From the human T2T-CHM13v2.0 reference genome, Homo sapiens: a stretch of DNA of 64,000 nt. Below are positions 41,731-56,439 of the stretch, piece by piece. The translations under genes were made by a program, and so were the position numbers. Position 1 is the first letter of the stretch. Every line of letters begins with the position of its first letter. Where the stretch lies: the NCBI RefSeq assembly GCF_009914755.1, contig NC_060926.1; one strand, 5' to 3'. The notes under the pieces are model-generated. The model had not been told where the DNA came from, made no database searches, and was given only the letters and a program-made list of their open reading frames with translations.

Positions 41731-42413
41731 CTTAGTTTTGATACTGGAATTTGCTATTAAAAGATTTATTTTCTCGAACATTCTTTTATATTAACATCTA
41801 GGAAAAACTGTTGAGATCAATATGGATACATTAAAGTGTTGACTGAGCCTGGGTCCCTGATGAGAAACTGAAGAATTGTGAACTTCAGAAAAATAGACCT
41901 GGGGGAATATTCTGTGATTCACTGACTCCCTCACTTACCTATTTGTTCTTCCTTCAGCCACAGATATTCATTATGTGTATCCTCCCTCCCAGGGGCAGAG
42001 CAAGGAAGTCAAGACAATCTTTTCTCCTTACGATACCACCGTCAAATGTATTAGTTATTTCTTCTTGCCAATAATGGCTCTAACTGAGGAAGCCCATCTC
42101 TTTATACAAAAAATTAGGTCCAGGAAGAGCTGCCTAAGCAGAATCATGGTTGCAGTAAAGTCACTTTATGGTGTTTAAAGACTTGGCTGAATAAAGGGGA
42201 AAGTTTAAATAAATTAGTGTCTAGCTATGGACTGAGACAGTATGAATCCACTGAAATATTTATGAAGAATCTTAATGACATAGTACAATATTAAAAGGAA
42301 AAAAAGGATACAGAATTACATACACAGTATAAAAGTTATTTTTTTAAACTCATATCCTGTCACAAAAAGAAAAAACACACTTGGTCTCATTTTTCTGGTT
42401 TTAAAAATCTTTC

Positions 42414-42698
42414 GGCCAGGCACGGTGGCTCACGCCTGTAATCTCAGCACTTTGGGAGGCCAAGGCAGGCGGATCACAGGTCAGGAGATCGAGACCATCC
42501 TGGCTAACACAGTGAAACCCCGTCTCTACTAAAAATACAAAAAATTAGCCGGGCGTGGTGGTGCGTGCCTGTAATCCCAGCTACTCAGGAAGTCAGGAGA
42601 ATCGCTTGAACCCAGGAGGCAGAGGTTGCAGTGAACCGAGATCACACCACTGCACTCCAGCCTGGGTGACAGAGCGAGACTCCATCTTAAAAAAAAAA
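42414..42698 (+). mobile_element. AluSc-like
   Basis: 'ggagatcgagaccatcctggctaacac' with 'gaatcgcttgaaccc'; TSD aaaaatctttc at 42403-42413 and 42699-42709. Confidence 0.93.
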
Positions 42699-45089
42699 AA
42701 AAATCTTTCTTCTGGCTGCAGTCCTCCAGCTCACCCCTTCTTGCCCAATTCTGTTATCTCAGCATCCTCAGAAGCTCAGTCTGCGAGCATGGAGAGGATA
42801 GTGTGTGTCTCCTCCGGCATTGCCCCGTGGGGTTTGGAATGGCGCTGGCTGCTGGCTGCCTGGGCCTGGCATTAGCTCATGGATCTCGGTTGCGGATCAG
42901 TTTCCTTCCCCAGGAGGGGCAGGGACTTCACTTTCTATGGCTTATGTGCTTTCCTGGGGCCCAGCATGAGGCCTTTCGCCAGACACTGTGCAGCCCAGAC
43001 TTGTTCCCAGGACAATGGGTGAGATGAAAAAGGGCTTGGTACTAGTGGAGGCACTTAGTGGCTGCAGCTGAGTGTTGGGAAGGGCTGGAGAGTCAGTTGC
43101 AGCCAGGTCTGGAGGGGCTGTGTGCCCAGCTTCAGAGCTTGGGTTTTGATCAGGTTTTTGTGTTAGAATCCTCATTCTGGTGGATTGGAGGGAGCCCCAG
43201 AGTGAACATAGAGAGACCTCCTAGCCAGGCAGGAGATAACCTGAGATCAGTGCAGTAGTTCCTCACCCGTGCGTGGGGAGGCAGCATGAGCAGTTAGGAG
43301 GAGGATGGTGTCCACAGTGGTCGGATGGCACCCCAGCCAGGCCACGGCGGGCTGGACAGCACTCTCAGGTGACACGTGGCCACCTGCCTGCCTCTGGCTG
43401 CGGCCCCACCACGGGCTGGATGCCTGGATGAATCTCAGGCTGGAGTCACTTAACGGCTGGGCTGTCACCCTGCAGTAACCCATAATTACTACTTAGGAGT
43501 TTGTGGACGAAAAGCAGTAGATTCCAATTGAGTGTGTTAAACTCTGCACGCGCCTGTTCTAATGAGGAGCTTGTAACCTATGAGAGCCCGTCTGCCGCGG
43601 GAGGCGGGCTCTTGAGCCAGAGAAGCCAGCCAGTCATTTTCTCCAGCCTCTAGCTGAGCCTCCACGGCCAGCCATATTTCAGCATTTAGGATTTTAAGTG
43701 CTGGTTAAAATGCTCATATAGGGAAGTGTGTATATTTTCATATTTCTGCACATCATGCTAGAGACGAGGGTAGGAATAAATCGGTGTGGCCAGAGGTGCC
43801 GCTTCAAGCTGCTTTATTCCCTCTCTGTGCACAGTGTTAAACTGGGCTGTGTCTGACTTCCCAACCTTCATCCTGTAGGGGGCTGTTACTGGGGAAAGAA
43901 AGTTGTCTTAAAGGACCCTGGAGTGTGAGGGATGGAAAAGCGAAAGGTTTGTCTCTGCAAACAGGTAGTGCTGAGTGGTCGCCAGCTTAGAGCCCGTCGT
44001 CCAGATGCTTTGTTTTCTCTCTGTTTTACATGAATTTCCACTGCACAGCCATTGGAGTTTTGCTAGTTGGGAATTTTAATTAGAGAATTGGGCAAACTTC
44101 ATTACTTTTCATTCAGGTTTAAGGCAAGAGGGCTGATTAAATTCATCCATCTTCCCCACCGAAGTCCAGCCTCTGAGGTTTAATCCCATTGCCTGAAGTC
44201 CCCATCACCCCGCCATCCTCCTTCCTCCTTCCCCGCCTCGCAGACAAGGGCTCTCTTTCCAACTCCACCACCTGTTCCAGCCCCGGCTCTGCCCGCAGGA
44301 GGGGAAACCAGGTCACATCTGTGGTCATTCACAAACAAACATAGCTCTGCTTTGCCCCACCAAGAGGCTGAGCCTGTGGTTTTTCTGTCCAGGTCCTGAA
44401 ACACCCCAGACAGCAAGAAAACCAGAAAAAAGCAGCTATGGGCTAGGTTAGGACAATTGAGGTATCTGCGTATGAGAGAGATTATAAATGTGTACCTCCT
44501 GGCTAAAGTATGTCTTTCTCTAGCAGAATTGTGATTTGAACTGCTTTTGAAAATTAAAATGTTGGTATGTGAGGTGAAAATGAGCTTAATCTGGGGTGTT
44601 GAATAATTGTTTTCAGCCATTGAACACAAGTCCCAGCATAGCATCTACCTAGCTACATGGATGGAAATGCAAATATCCCCCCCTGCCCCCACCAGGGAGC
44701 AAAATGTGAAATTTGTCTTTCTTATTTGCCATCCTTCGAAGGCAGCACCCCCTGTTACCATGATAACATAACCTTGTGCACCTCCATTTCTGAATCTGTA
44801 AAATGGGGGCAAGTCACTAACCTTATAAGATGGTCGGTGGAATTAACTAAGCAAATTTATCTAAAGCACCTGACACCCTTTCAGGCACACAGAGGTTCCA
44901 AGATCTTCAATGTGACGCTTTCAAGAAAGGCAACTCAAGTTCAGGGCTTCTGAATCCTACTCCAAATACCCTGTCATAGTCAACACATCCCTGAAGTTCC
45001 CTACACCATGCCTAGAAGCACTGAGGCTGGGCAGTATCTCCTTGTGAAAGGCCTGGCCCCCTTCCCCAGGGTCCTGCTTGAATGTCAGA

Positions 45090-45830
45090 GGACAGGTGGG
45101 GAGGAGGATGGGTGGAGAAGGACAGTGGCAGGGAGGACAGTGGGGAGAGGGCAGGTGGGGGGAGGACAGGTGAGGGGAGGACAGGTAGGGGAGGGCAGGA
45201 GTGGGAGGACTGTGGAAGGTGGACAGGTTGGGGGAGGACAGTCGTGGGGAAGACAGTGGGGAGAGGGCAGGTCAAGGGAGGGCAGGTGGGAGGAGGACAG
45301 TGGGGGAAAGACAGTGGTGGGGAGGACAGGTAGGGGAGGGCAGGTAGTGGGAGGATAGCTGGGGTGGCGGGGGGGAGGACAGGTGGGGGAGGACAGTGCA
45401 AGGAGGGCAGTTTGGGGGAGGACAGTGTGGGGACGGCAGGTGGGGGGAGGATAGTCGGGAGGACAGTGGGGAGAGGGCAGGTGGGGGAGGACAGTGCGGG
45501 GGAGAACAGTGCGGGGTGGCAGGTGGCGGGGAGGACAGTGGGGGAAGGACAGTGGAGGGAGGGCAGGTGGGGGGAGGACAGTGGGGAGAAGACAGCCGGG
45601 GGAGGACAGAGTGGGGAGGACAGTGGGGAGAGGACAGTGGTGGGGAGGGCAGGTGGGGGGAAGGTAGGTGGGGGGAAGGTAGGTGGGGGGAAGGTAGGTG
45701 GGGGAGGACAGTGGGGGAGGACAGGTGGGGGAGGACAGTGGGGAGAAGACAGTGGGGGGAGGACAGTCGTGGGGACAGTAGAGGGCAAGGACAGGTGGGA
45801 GAGGGGCATGTGGGAAGGAGGGCAGGTGGA
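45090..45830. repeat. G-rich degenerate minisatellite (units such as GGGGGAGGACAGT / GGGGAGAGGGCAGGT)
   Basis: ~740 bp of recurring 13-15-bp purine-rich units with GGG-GGGGGG runs. Confidence 0.95.
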
Positions 45831-46769
45831 GCTGGCGGCATCATGAACTTTTGGAATAGCAAAGGGAGTTGGGGCTCTGAATGTCAGCCCAGCAACCAAA
45901 GATAGCTGGCAACGAATGGTCCAGGTCTTTTGGGATGGAATGTCATAGGGGACAACTAAGGCCCTGTAGGTTGATTCCAGAATACACTATCCAGGTCCAG
46001 GGTGCAGTGGCTATAACTTGCAGATCAAACAATTCACACCACTTCAGGAGTTGAACTTGGCTGTGAGTTTACGTCTGGTCTCTGGACCCATGTGGCTGCC
46101 TACAGTGAACTTGACCTTTAGGGGCTCTGGCTTCTGGAAGGAGGGAGTTCCAGGAGCCACATCCTCCTTCCAGGAGGCCAGGTGACATGGACAACGTGAG
46201 GGAAGGCAGCCAGGGCGTGAGGCCTTGGGTTGGGTCTCCAGGGCAGCTCACCACAGGGAAGGAGTGAAGGTGGTGAAGGATCACCCGGGAGATGCTGCTT
46301 GGGCTGGAGGGCGCCCGCTGCAGGCGTCAGCTGCTGCCGGCTGCGGGATGTGATCAGCACTCCTCACTTCATGGCCTCAGTTCGCTCGCCTGTGAAATGT
46401 AGGTGTGTGTCCCTGGAGTCCCTCCAAAGCTCTGTGAATTTGTGGAACGCAGATGGAGGGAAGGTCAAGCTTGGGAGAGGGCGGTGGCTTTGGCTGCAAC
46501 GCGAAGCCGACAAGCACTGGCAGCAGGCCTGCTGGGCTGTCTTTGAGCGCGGGTGTCTGGGCCCACCCTCCTCTGTCGGATCCCTGGGTCTTCTGTCCCT
46601 CACTGGACATGTGGATCTGACCGCCATCCAGGACGTCCCCTCTGGGTCCTGCTGGCATTACTCCAGAACCACTTCATCTTCCTTGCCCTCCAGGGCTGAG
46701 ATAGCTGGTTTGGTCTCACATCTGGTCTTAAGTGGGTCTTTTTTTTTTCTTCTCATTTTGTCTATCTTA

Positions 46770-47045
46770 AAATCAGGTTTATGAAGGTGTAAATTACATA
46801 TAGTAAAATACACCCTTTTGAGGCATACAGTTCTGTTAATTTTAACAAATGTATACGGTTGTGTAACCATCACAACCAAGATACAGAACAGTTCCCTCTC
46901 CCCAGAGCGGGCATCCTGTCCTTCCGTAGCTGCTCTCCCACCCTCCTACCCCCAACAGCCCCTGGCACACTCTATTATGTTTCCCATCCCTATAATTTTG
47001 CCTTTTCCTGAATATCATATAAATGGCATCATAAAGTATGTTTAG
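46770..47045 (-). mobile_element. L1MB-type 3' end
   Basis: 'tacatatagtaaaatacaccctttt', 'tgtaaccatcacaaccaagatacagaaca', 'ttttgccttttcctgaatatcatataaatgg'. Confidence 0.8.
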
Positions 47046-47155
47046 CTGGGGCTTTTGAGAGAGAAGTAATAGGTTCCTTCCGTGGGTTTAGCCTTTTGTT
47101 TGCATCTGCTCTCATGAAAAGGTCTATGCTTTTATCAAGCCTAAAAGATAACCTT

Positions 47156-47466
47156 GGCCGGGCTGGTGGCTCACACCTGTAATCCCAGCAAGTTGGGAGG
47201 TAAAGGTGAGCAGATCGCTTGAGCCCAGGAGTTTGAGACAAGCCTGGGCAACATGGCAAAACCCCATCTCTATTTTAAAAAAGAAAAATTAGCCGAGCAT
47301 GGTGGCACGTGCCTACAGTCCCAGCTACTTGGAAGGCTGAGGTGGGAGGATCACTTGAGGCCAAGAGGTTGAGGCTACAGTTAACTAAGGTCGCACCACT
47401 GCACCCCAGCCCAGGTGACAGAGCGAAACCTTGTCTCAAAACAAACAAATAAACAAACAAACCCAC
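47156..47466 (+). mobile_element. AluJ
   Basis: 'gatcgcttgagcccaggagtttgagac', 'ggaggatcacttgag'; TSD gataacctt at 47147-47155 and 47467-47475. Confidence 0.92.
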
Positions 47467-49960
47467 GATAACCTTGAAGAAGACAGCCGCACTGTACAGG
47501 AAGCTCTGGTGTGTGCAGGTATTTGTAGAGCATTTGCTACGCTGACCCGTTAAGTCCCTACAGCAGTCTCATGAGGGTAGTTATTATTGTAATCCTGTTT
47601 AACAGATGAGGAAACCGAGGCTCAGAGAAGTGTAATCATTCACTGTGGTCACATAGCTCAGATCTGAACCCACTTCTGTCATCCTCACTATTCTGTGTGG
47701 TTGTTTGGCTGAGTCTTGGATGAGGGATACTTGCAATGATAGGTAGCCTCTGGCCCCTGGTGGTGGGGGTAGGGAGTGGGAGAGTCGGAGAGGTAGAAGA
47801 AAGCCGCTAGATCCAGGCCTCTAGCCCCTATCTCTACGGGGGACTCCCTTCCAAGGAAAATTGTCTGTGCTCCAGACCCCCGCAGCAGATGAGTGTGTGG
47901 AGGCCTGATTTTGGAGAGTGGGGATTTGCACCCTTCCGCAGGCCACCCCTGTGTTCCTGCTCATACTTTTGCATAGCCACCACCTGAAGTTAGGGCAGCC
48001 CCAGCCCTGGGGGAGACTTTAGGGGCCAGGGGCAGCTCAGTGCTGGGCTCACAACCACAGAACACCAGCTTTCCTGGCCTAGGTCACACTTTGCCAGGCC
48101 ACACCATGAAGGGGAGAGAGCGCCCATCCTTGGGGAGCAGGATCCAGGGTCTGTGAGACCCAGGCGTGGGCTGCAGGGAGAGTGAGGTCGTCCGCACGGA
48201 TGGTGGAGTGGACAGAGGCCAGCAGAGGCTGCGCGCCCATGTGCGGGCCAAGGGGAGAGCGTAGGTAAAGGACAGTATTGCAGTCTTGGGACCAAGTGCC
48301 ACTAAACCTTATGGGTAATGGGTTTTTCATCCCCTGGGTAATAGGAGACACCAAAAAATGAGGACATTACTTAGTGAGTCCCTCACCTCCCTGGCCCCAT
48401 TCAGCAGACTCGGAGGAAGGACATTGCCCAGCATTGAGCCGTGTGTGGATTTAATGGGGTTTCCAGCTAAACCTTCCATCAAATTTACGGCTGTGCCTGT
48501 CTCCTGACCTTCCCCCTCACACATTCTTTTCAGAAATGAAGCTGTGTGCAGGCTGTGAGGTGTCACTTCCCCCACGCTGGAGATATACAGCTTGGGCCTG
48601 GGTTGAGACAGTGGATTTAATCAGGCTGGGTCCCCGCAGTTCACCCGCCCCTAAGCTGAGTGACATTAGGGTGGCCGTCGGAGTCCAGCTAGAGTGGGCA
48701 GCACGGAGCCAGCAAGTGTTTGTCCTGCCAGCCACAGGCTTCTGCTCAGCCTTGCCTCGCCTCCTTGCTGGGAGAGTGGCGCGTGGGGGCCCAACATCTG
48801 CTCACCCCCTGGGCCGGAAGGTGGGGTTCTTCCTGTAATCTTCTCCCACAGCCCCCACCTCCTACCATTGCTGCCATGGCGGGAGCATCATCAGCCGGCC
48901 TCACTCCTGCTTTCCCCACTATCCTAACAGCTGGGCTGCTCCTGGCTCCCTCTCCATTCATTTCTTGCCTTCCATCTTGGAAGTGTTCAGTGTCTGCTGA
49001 ATCCTCCCACCCCAACCTCACTGCCCCTCTAGAGCTTATTGCCTTTCAAATACAGCTCAAATATCACAACCTCCAGGAGGCTTTCCCCGATCTCATCACC
49101 CCCAGGGAAGAGATCTCCCTTCTGCACATCATGCAGACCGGGTCCTAGAGGGTGAACCTTTCTCTGTATGCCTTTCTCTGTTGCTGGGCCTGGCCCATGG
49201 AAGAGACCCAGTAAATAGACACTGTCATTGTCACAGGGCCATGTTGTCAGATGCCTGCTCCAGAGAGTGAAGCTGCAGCTACATTGCCAAGCTCACTGGG
49301 CTTTGTAAATGGCCCCTCAACCTCAAAGGCAGCAGCTGCAGTCTCACAGCTGGCCTCTGGGGAGGCTGCCTTCCGAGGGTGGCTCCCCTGAGCCTGGCCA
49401 CCCCAGCCTCGGAAATGCTGACAAGGCCTTTCCACCCGTCCCTTCTGGGGCAGCGTGTGTTTTCATGGCCCTTCACTGACTGATCCCATGTTCATCTCAC
49501 CGACTGCCTCAGAGGCCTCGGGGCCTGGGGCGGGGCAGCTATAGCAACAGGCAGCGTCCAGTGCCCACTCGGACACACAGGGCCCTTGAGGCAGCTGCTG
49601 GCAGCAGGAGGCGTCTAGCAGGTGGGCAGAGGGACTCAGGCTTGAGGCCACGGGGAGGATTAAAAATAAAATTGCCTCTGCTCCCTGGAAGCTGAGGCCT
49701 CTGTACTTGGAGTTGGAGGATGACAGACACAGGAGGAGGGAGAATCTGCTAGCACCAAACTCCCCTCTACCTGGTCATGTGTGGGAGCGGGGCCTCACGT
49801 GTGGGACACTATCATTCACATTCAAGTGATCATTATTATCACACAGGGCCGTGAGCTAAAACCATACTTCTGTCATTCTTTGGCTCTAAGAAAATGAAAA
49901 AGGGAAGTAACTCCATTTACTGAGCACCTGTTATATACCAGATAATTTTACATGCATTAG

Positions 49961-50565
<605 letters not shown>

Positions 50566-53319
50566 TAGCCTTCCTGAGGGGCGTGAGTGGGTGAGGCAGA
50601 GGTGGAAAGGCTGGGAGCCTGCTTAGTGAGCTGCTGAGACAGACAGGAAATAAAGGGGCCTGGAGTGGGACTGCGGTAGCCTGCATGCTGGCCCCAAGCC
50701 GCACCTGGTGGGTGGACCCAGGGCCCCAAGGAACCCCAGACGTTGCTGGCTGGGTGGATGGCGGTGCCCTTGCTGAGGCAGGAGACCCTGCCCAGGAGCA
50801 AGCACAAGGTGCTGGGAGAAGATGCCACGGTCTGTCTGTGTCAGGCGAGGCACATCCAAGATGCCTGGGGCTCACGCAAGGGCTGGACGGAGAGATCCAG
50901 GGCTCAGAAGAGAGATCTGGGCCCGAGACGCAGATGCAGAAACACATGGTGAAAATACTCATCCAACACACTCACGTTTTTCCTCCGTAGGTGCCAGTGA
51001 CACTGTGGGAAGATGCCTGGCTTCCCAAGCACACCTCAGACGCTGGCCCCCGATCAATGCCTGTGGTCCTTGAAAGCAGATGGCCAGATGCCCTGCCTGA
51101 AAACTCCCACATGGCAAGTGGTAGATGTCACAAGCCACAGAGCACCCCCCGCCCACAAGATCCCCCAGCCTGCTTGTGGGAGGGAACATCCCATTCTGGT
51201 GCTTTTGATCTCTTCCTGCAAATATGCAGCTCAGGCGACCTGGGAATATTCCCCCACAGTGAACCTGAATTGATACTCACCAAATTAGATCAATTCCAGC
51301 CGGAGCCTGGAGCCTGTGATTATCACCCTCTCACCGTGCTCTTTTCCTTGCTGGGCTGCGTGTTGGATTTCCAAAAGGCTTGTAATCAACAGCAGAGAGA
51401 GCTATGTATAGCCCACTCCCCGCGCTGGCGAAGCCCGGGAAGGCCACTGTTTGAGGTTAGGCTTGAGTCAACTTGTACCATGTACTTGGGAGCCATTCAA
51501 AAGAGGCGGTGCACACACAAATCATGATGGGGCTAATCAGAAGTTTGGGTATTTAGTGGGATATGTACACAGCAATCATTGTTGGAAGCGCCCTTCTCCC
51601 ACAGAGGCCATTATCCCGGAGCGGGGTGCTGTTTGCCTGGTTTTGTCTGGGCCACAATTTGCATTCACTTGATGGATTGTCAGGGTCGGGGGTCTCCTCC
51701 TTGGGAAACAGTGGAGTGACTGCTCAGCACACTCTTAAGAGGAAGGGGAGCGCTAATACCAGCGTTTGCCCAGGTCCTTGAGAGGGCCCGGGGATCCTAA
51801 CGCAGTGCTAGATCAATATGACAGGCGCTAAGAAGCTTGGGACATGCATTCACAAACCCCTTTTATTGCTCCACTCCAAGCCAGGGAGAGGGGAGCTGCA
51901 GCTTGGGCACAGCTAGCAGGACCTGGCCGACAGGCTCTTGTTTGTTTTCCCGGCTGCGGTGGCCTGCGGTTCAGTTCAAGTTTGCCAAAGTGATTTGGAG
52001 TGGCCTTCCCCAGCTGAGCCTTGCGTGGGACCTGTTAAGCCCCTGCTCTGTCACCTGCCTTCTTTCTGTCTGGCTGGATGCCGAAAAGAAACCTCCAGAG
52101 GGAGAAGGGAGTCGGGGAGGGGTAGAAGGGAGGCCTGTTTTGCCCGCTGGGGCAAGGGCAGCTGTTTCTCTGGGGGTAAACACTCTTAGTTGCCAAAATG
52201 CCCTGCAGTTGAGTGATGTTGCTTTCTCGTTTGGCAAGGCGAGAGGTGTTTTTGTTTTATTTTTGGTATTTTCCTGGGACATCTGTGACACCTGTTGACT
52301 CCATGAGTTCTCTCAATCTCATCGTCCCCGAGCATTAGGAACAAAGCCCAAGGGTTCCACATTCTCTCCTTTTGAACAGCACCGCCATCACTTTTATCTT
52401 CTTAATTTTCAGGGTGTTTTCTTCTCTTCAGACAGGAGAGACCCTGTGCAGTGTGATTCAGGGGAGAGTGGGCACCAGTGAGAGACACACAGGCCGTGAG
52501 GGCCATGTTCCCTAACAAACAGTGTTTGGTGTGGACAGGGCCTACTAGGGTGTGGTGGGTGGGGAGATTGTTGAGTTTTTTTTTATTGCAACCAGTCTTC
52601 AGAGCAATCAGGGATTTTCTTTTCTTTCTTCGTTCAGAAACGTGTGAGGAAAGCTGACTAGCATCGACAATGCCAGGTTTCCTCTGTTGGGCCTTCTATT
52701 CAGGGTCGCTGCTTGCATGTTCCAGTTCTGGGTCAGGACTCATGGTCAGCGTTGGCTGACATCTCAGTAGCAAGTCTTTTTTCCAGGAGAACCCAACACT
52801 TCAAAGGCTTATCAGTTAGTGGTGACTTCGTGTTTCTAGTTCTCCATGTTGATGGCTAAAATGGAGACAGTTGAGTTGTCCCCAAGAGGGGACCAAGTCT
52901 TTCCTTTTCCCTGGGGGTGGGGAGGGTAGAGTGAAGGAGGCCCAGGCTAGACGGCCGTGAGGACTCTGTCCAGAAAGGGCCCCTCCAGCAAGGGTGATGG
53001 GTTGGGCGCTGCAGGACCGCGGAGAAACAGAACGCATCTTTATCTGGTCCTCCGAAAGAAGTGCGGTGGCCATAGTCTCCTCTTTTAGCCCTTTTCTGCC
53101 CCTGTGTCTCAGAAAAGTCTTGAAAGGGCTGGAAGTCTGTGGGTGATGTTAGCCTGCTGAGATGCTCGAGGAAACTCAAATGGCTCTTTCTTTGTATCAC
53201 GTCTTTCCTGTCAACTCATACCCCACCTTGAGCCAGCCCTCAGAAGATGGTTGCAAGAGACACACCTTGGGTAGTAAAGGTGGAGAAAGAATGCTTTCCA
53301 GTTCAGACAGTCAGCTCCT

Positions 53320-54632
53320 CCATCGAGGAAGGATGAGAAATCACAGCCTTCAGGATTTCAGGCCAGGCACAGGACTCTTAGACTTGATACCATAAGCATG
53401 ATTCATAAAAGGAATGATTGACACATTGGACCTCGCCAAAATCAAAAATTTTGCTCTTCGAAAGACCCTGTTGAGAGGGTGAAGAGACAGGCTGCAGAAT
53501 GGGAGAAAATATTTGCAAACCTCATACCTGACAAGGGACTAGTACATAGAATATGTACTCAAAACTCAACAGTAAAAAAGAAACAATATAATTAGAAAAT
53601 GGGCAAAAAACAGAAAGAGACCTTTCACAAAAGAGGATTATATAAATGGCCAATAAGCACATGAAAAGGTGTTCAACTTCACTAGCCATTAGGAAAATGC
53701 TAATTACAACTGAGCGAGGTATTATACACACATCAGAATGGTTAAAAGAAAAAATATTCATAATGAGAATGCAGAGAAACAGGAGCACTCACACATAGCT
53801 GGTGGGAATGTAAGACGGTACAGCCTCTCTAGAAAACAGTCTGGAAGCTTATTATAAAGGTAAACATACTGCATAGGACCCAACAGTTACACCCTTGGGC
53901 ATTTATTCCAGAGAAGTGAAAATTTATATTCACACAAAAACCTGTACACAAATATTTATAACAGTTTTATTTGTGATGTCCCCAAACTGGAAACAGCCCA
54001 GATGTCTTTTCGTGGTCGAGTGGTTAGACAAACTGTGGCACATTCATACCAGGGAATACTACTCAGCAGTGAAAAGGGACAAACCATAGATGCCTGTACC
54101 AATTTGGCTGAATCTTCGGGGAATTATGCTGAGTGCAAAAGCCAATCCCAAAAGGTTACCAACTATGTGTTTCCATTTATGTAACATGTTTGATGTGATG
54201 AAATTTTAGAAATGGAGAACAGATCAATGGTTTCCAGGGTTTAATGACAGTAGGGGTGAGGGAGAGGAGGGCAGCAGAAGGGTGCTCATCGTGACAGAAC
54301 TGTTTAGTATCCTGACTGAGGTGGTAGATATTGAATCTGTACCTTTAATGAAATTGCATAAAACTAAATGCACACACATTCACATATATATATATATATA
54401 TACACATAAAACTAAATGCATACACATTCACATACATACATACCTGCGTGCAAGTAAAACTGAGGAAATTAGAACAAGGCAGATGCATTGTATCACTATC
54501 AGTATCTTGATTCTGATATTGCACTGTAGCTTTGCAAGACATGATTGGGGAAATCTAGGTAAATCATACACAGGATGTCTTCCTGTTACTTCTTACAGCT
54601 GCATTTGAATCTCAAATTAGCGAAAAATAAAC
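53320..54632 (+). mobile_element. L1MC/L1MD-type LINE (ORF2 end plus 3' UTR)
   Basis: 'gaatgggagaaaatatttgcaaac', 'aaatggccaataagcacatgaaaagg', 'cacacaaaaacctgtacacaaat', ends at 'aaaaataaa'. ORFs 53522, 53895 and 54002 are L1-derived. Confidence 0.88.
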
Positions 54633-56439
54633 AAGGTAATTAATATATGCAATGCGAATTACGTCACGTGTCTTCACTAGCTTGTCCTCAAGTAAGCAAG
54701 CCGTGCTGTTTCCCAAGGGGCTGGGCCTCCTTCGGGACATCTATGCTTACCTGGAGGCTGGTGGGTTATAGCGAGGTGGGGGCACGGGTCCCCCCAAAGC
54801 TTGGCTTCGTGAAGCTGGTACCCAGGTAGTGGGGAGGAGAGAGGATGTGTGTCCTCCAGTTCTCCTTCAGTCATTTTCACCTCTTGGAGTTTGCATCTTG
54901 GGGATGGCTTCTCCTAATGCCTTCCCAGGACTGTGTTCATTTGTTCATTCATTCATTCATCAGTCCATTTGTCAGCAGGGATTTCTTGAGGACCCACTGG
55001 GCACCAGACGTGGAGCCCACAGAAATGAAAAGATGGACCTTTCAGCATCAGGGAGCTGATGGCTGGTGGGGAGCAGGCAGTGGCTTGAATGCCACACAGG
55101 AAGGTGCTATGGGAGAGTAGCAGGCACCCCTCACCCAGGAGTGGGTGCACTGGGCGGGGTGTCTGGTGGATAAAGAAGAAATCGGGGAGCCTTGCTGGAG
55201 GTGATGGTGCTTGTGTTGCCTGTTGAACAAGTGGGTGTAGGCAGAGAAGGAATTTCTTGAGAGGCAGTGTTGCCTAGTGGTTAAGAGTTGGCTGCCTGGG
55301 TTTGAATTTGGTCTCTGTTTAACTTCTCTTCTTCAGTTTCCTTTTCCATGAAATGAAGGCAAAAAGGGACCCTACCTTATAGGCATCGTAATGTGGATCA
55401 AACCAGTTCACATTTTTCAGGACCTGGCCCATGGTGAATGCTGGGTAAGTGTTTGATAAATTAAATCACACAAATAGATGAACGGGCGTACAGAATGTGA
55501 TTGAAGCCTGGGCTATGCTGGGAGAAATCAGAGCTGGAGTACAGGCTGTGAAGGGAAGGGGGAGCAGCAAAGGGCAGGGCCTGGCTTTCCCCTGGATGCT
55601 TATGGGCACCTCTCCTCTGGGGAGCCGGCTATGCTCCTGGCTCCAGTAGAGTGGAGGGCACCACACATGCTTTCTTTACAGGGGAAGGCGCTGTTCCCTT
55701 CTCTTCCTTACTTGCCCTTTCCATGCACCCTGACCCCACTGAAAAAGCAGCAGAGAGGGGCTTTGCACACCAGGCTGTCCTCATTTACTCAGTCCAGATA
55801 CCTGGGAGATTGTGAGAAGCTGGATGCACCTTCCTGGACCAGCGACCCCTCTTTCCACTGCACTCCAGGTGTGACCAATGCCAGTCTTCACTGAGCACAG
55901 TGGGTGAAGCCCCCTTCCCATCCCACCCCACCCTGCACCTTGTGACCTCCTGCTTGGCTCTGCGGATTGTGGTCACCACCTTGGACTACTTAACCCCAGC
56001 ACTTTGGACAAAGCTTGACATCTGATCAGGTGCTCATTAAAAGCACTGTCCCATTGTCGGGCCCCCATCCACCTCTCTCCCCCGTCAGCCAGGGAAGGGA
56101 AGATTTGGTCTCTTTGCTCACGTGACAGAGATGTCCCCACCTTTTTGACCTGTTGAAGGTTCTTCTGGGCCACAGGAGAAACGTTTGTTTCACGAGAGGT
56201 TTCTGCAGGTGGTGGGCCTGAGCCGCCTGCTCTGGGAGGACTGAGGTTTGGGCTGAGGAACTACGTGGTCATTCGGTGGTTGATGTGGAGTTGGAAGCCC
56301 TTGTGGGACCTTGGGCAGGGCACAGGCCTCTGTCTGCCCCTTGGAAAAGTGGGTGCATAAATCCTGCTCTGTGCATAAATCCTGTCCCAGCTAGCCAGGG
56401 GCTGCAGAGGGGAGAGTTCTGGTGCTGGCCCGGTACCAG

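Noticed and set aside
45090-45830. PRDM9 13-mer hotspot motif in the minisatellite
   Set aside because: The common units (GAGGACAGTGGGG, GAGGGCAGGTGGG) do not fit GNGGNNANGGNGG.
45008-45905. Longest ORFs (295, 196, 169, 160 aa)
   Set aside because: They are translations of the G-rich minisatellite, open in many frames on both strands.
54357-54442. ~48-bp tandem duplication in L1 3' UTR; similar short duplications at ~39318, ~56353, ~58237
   Set aside because: Real but ordinary slippage duplications with no functional hint.
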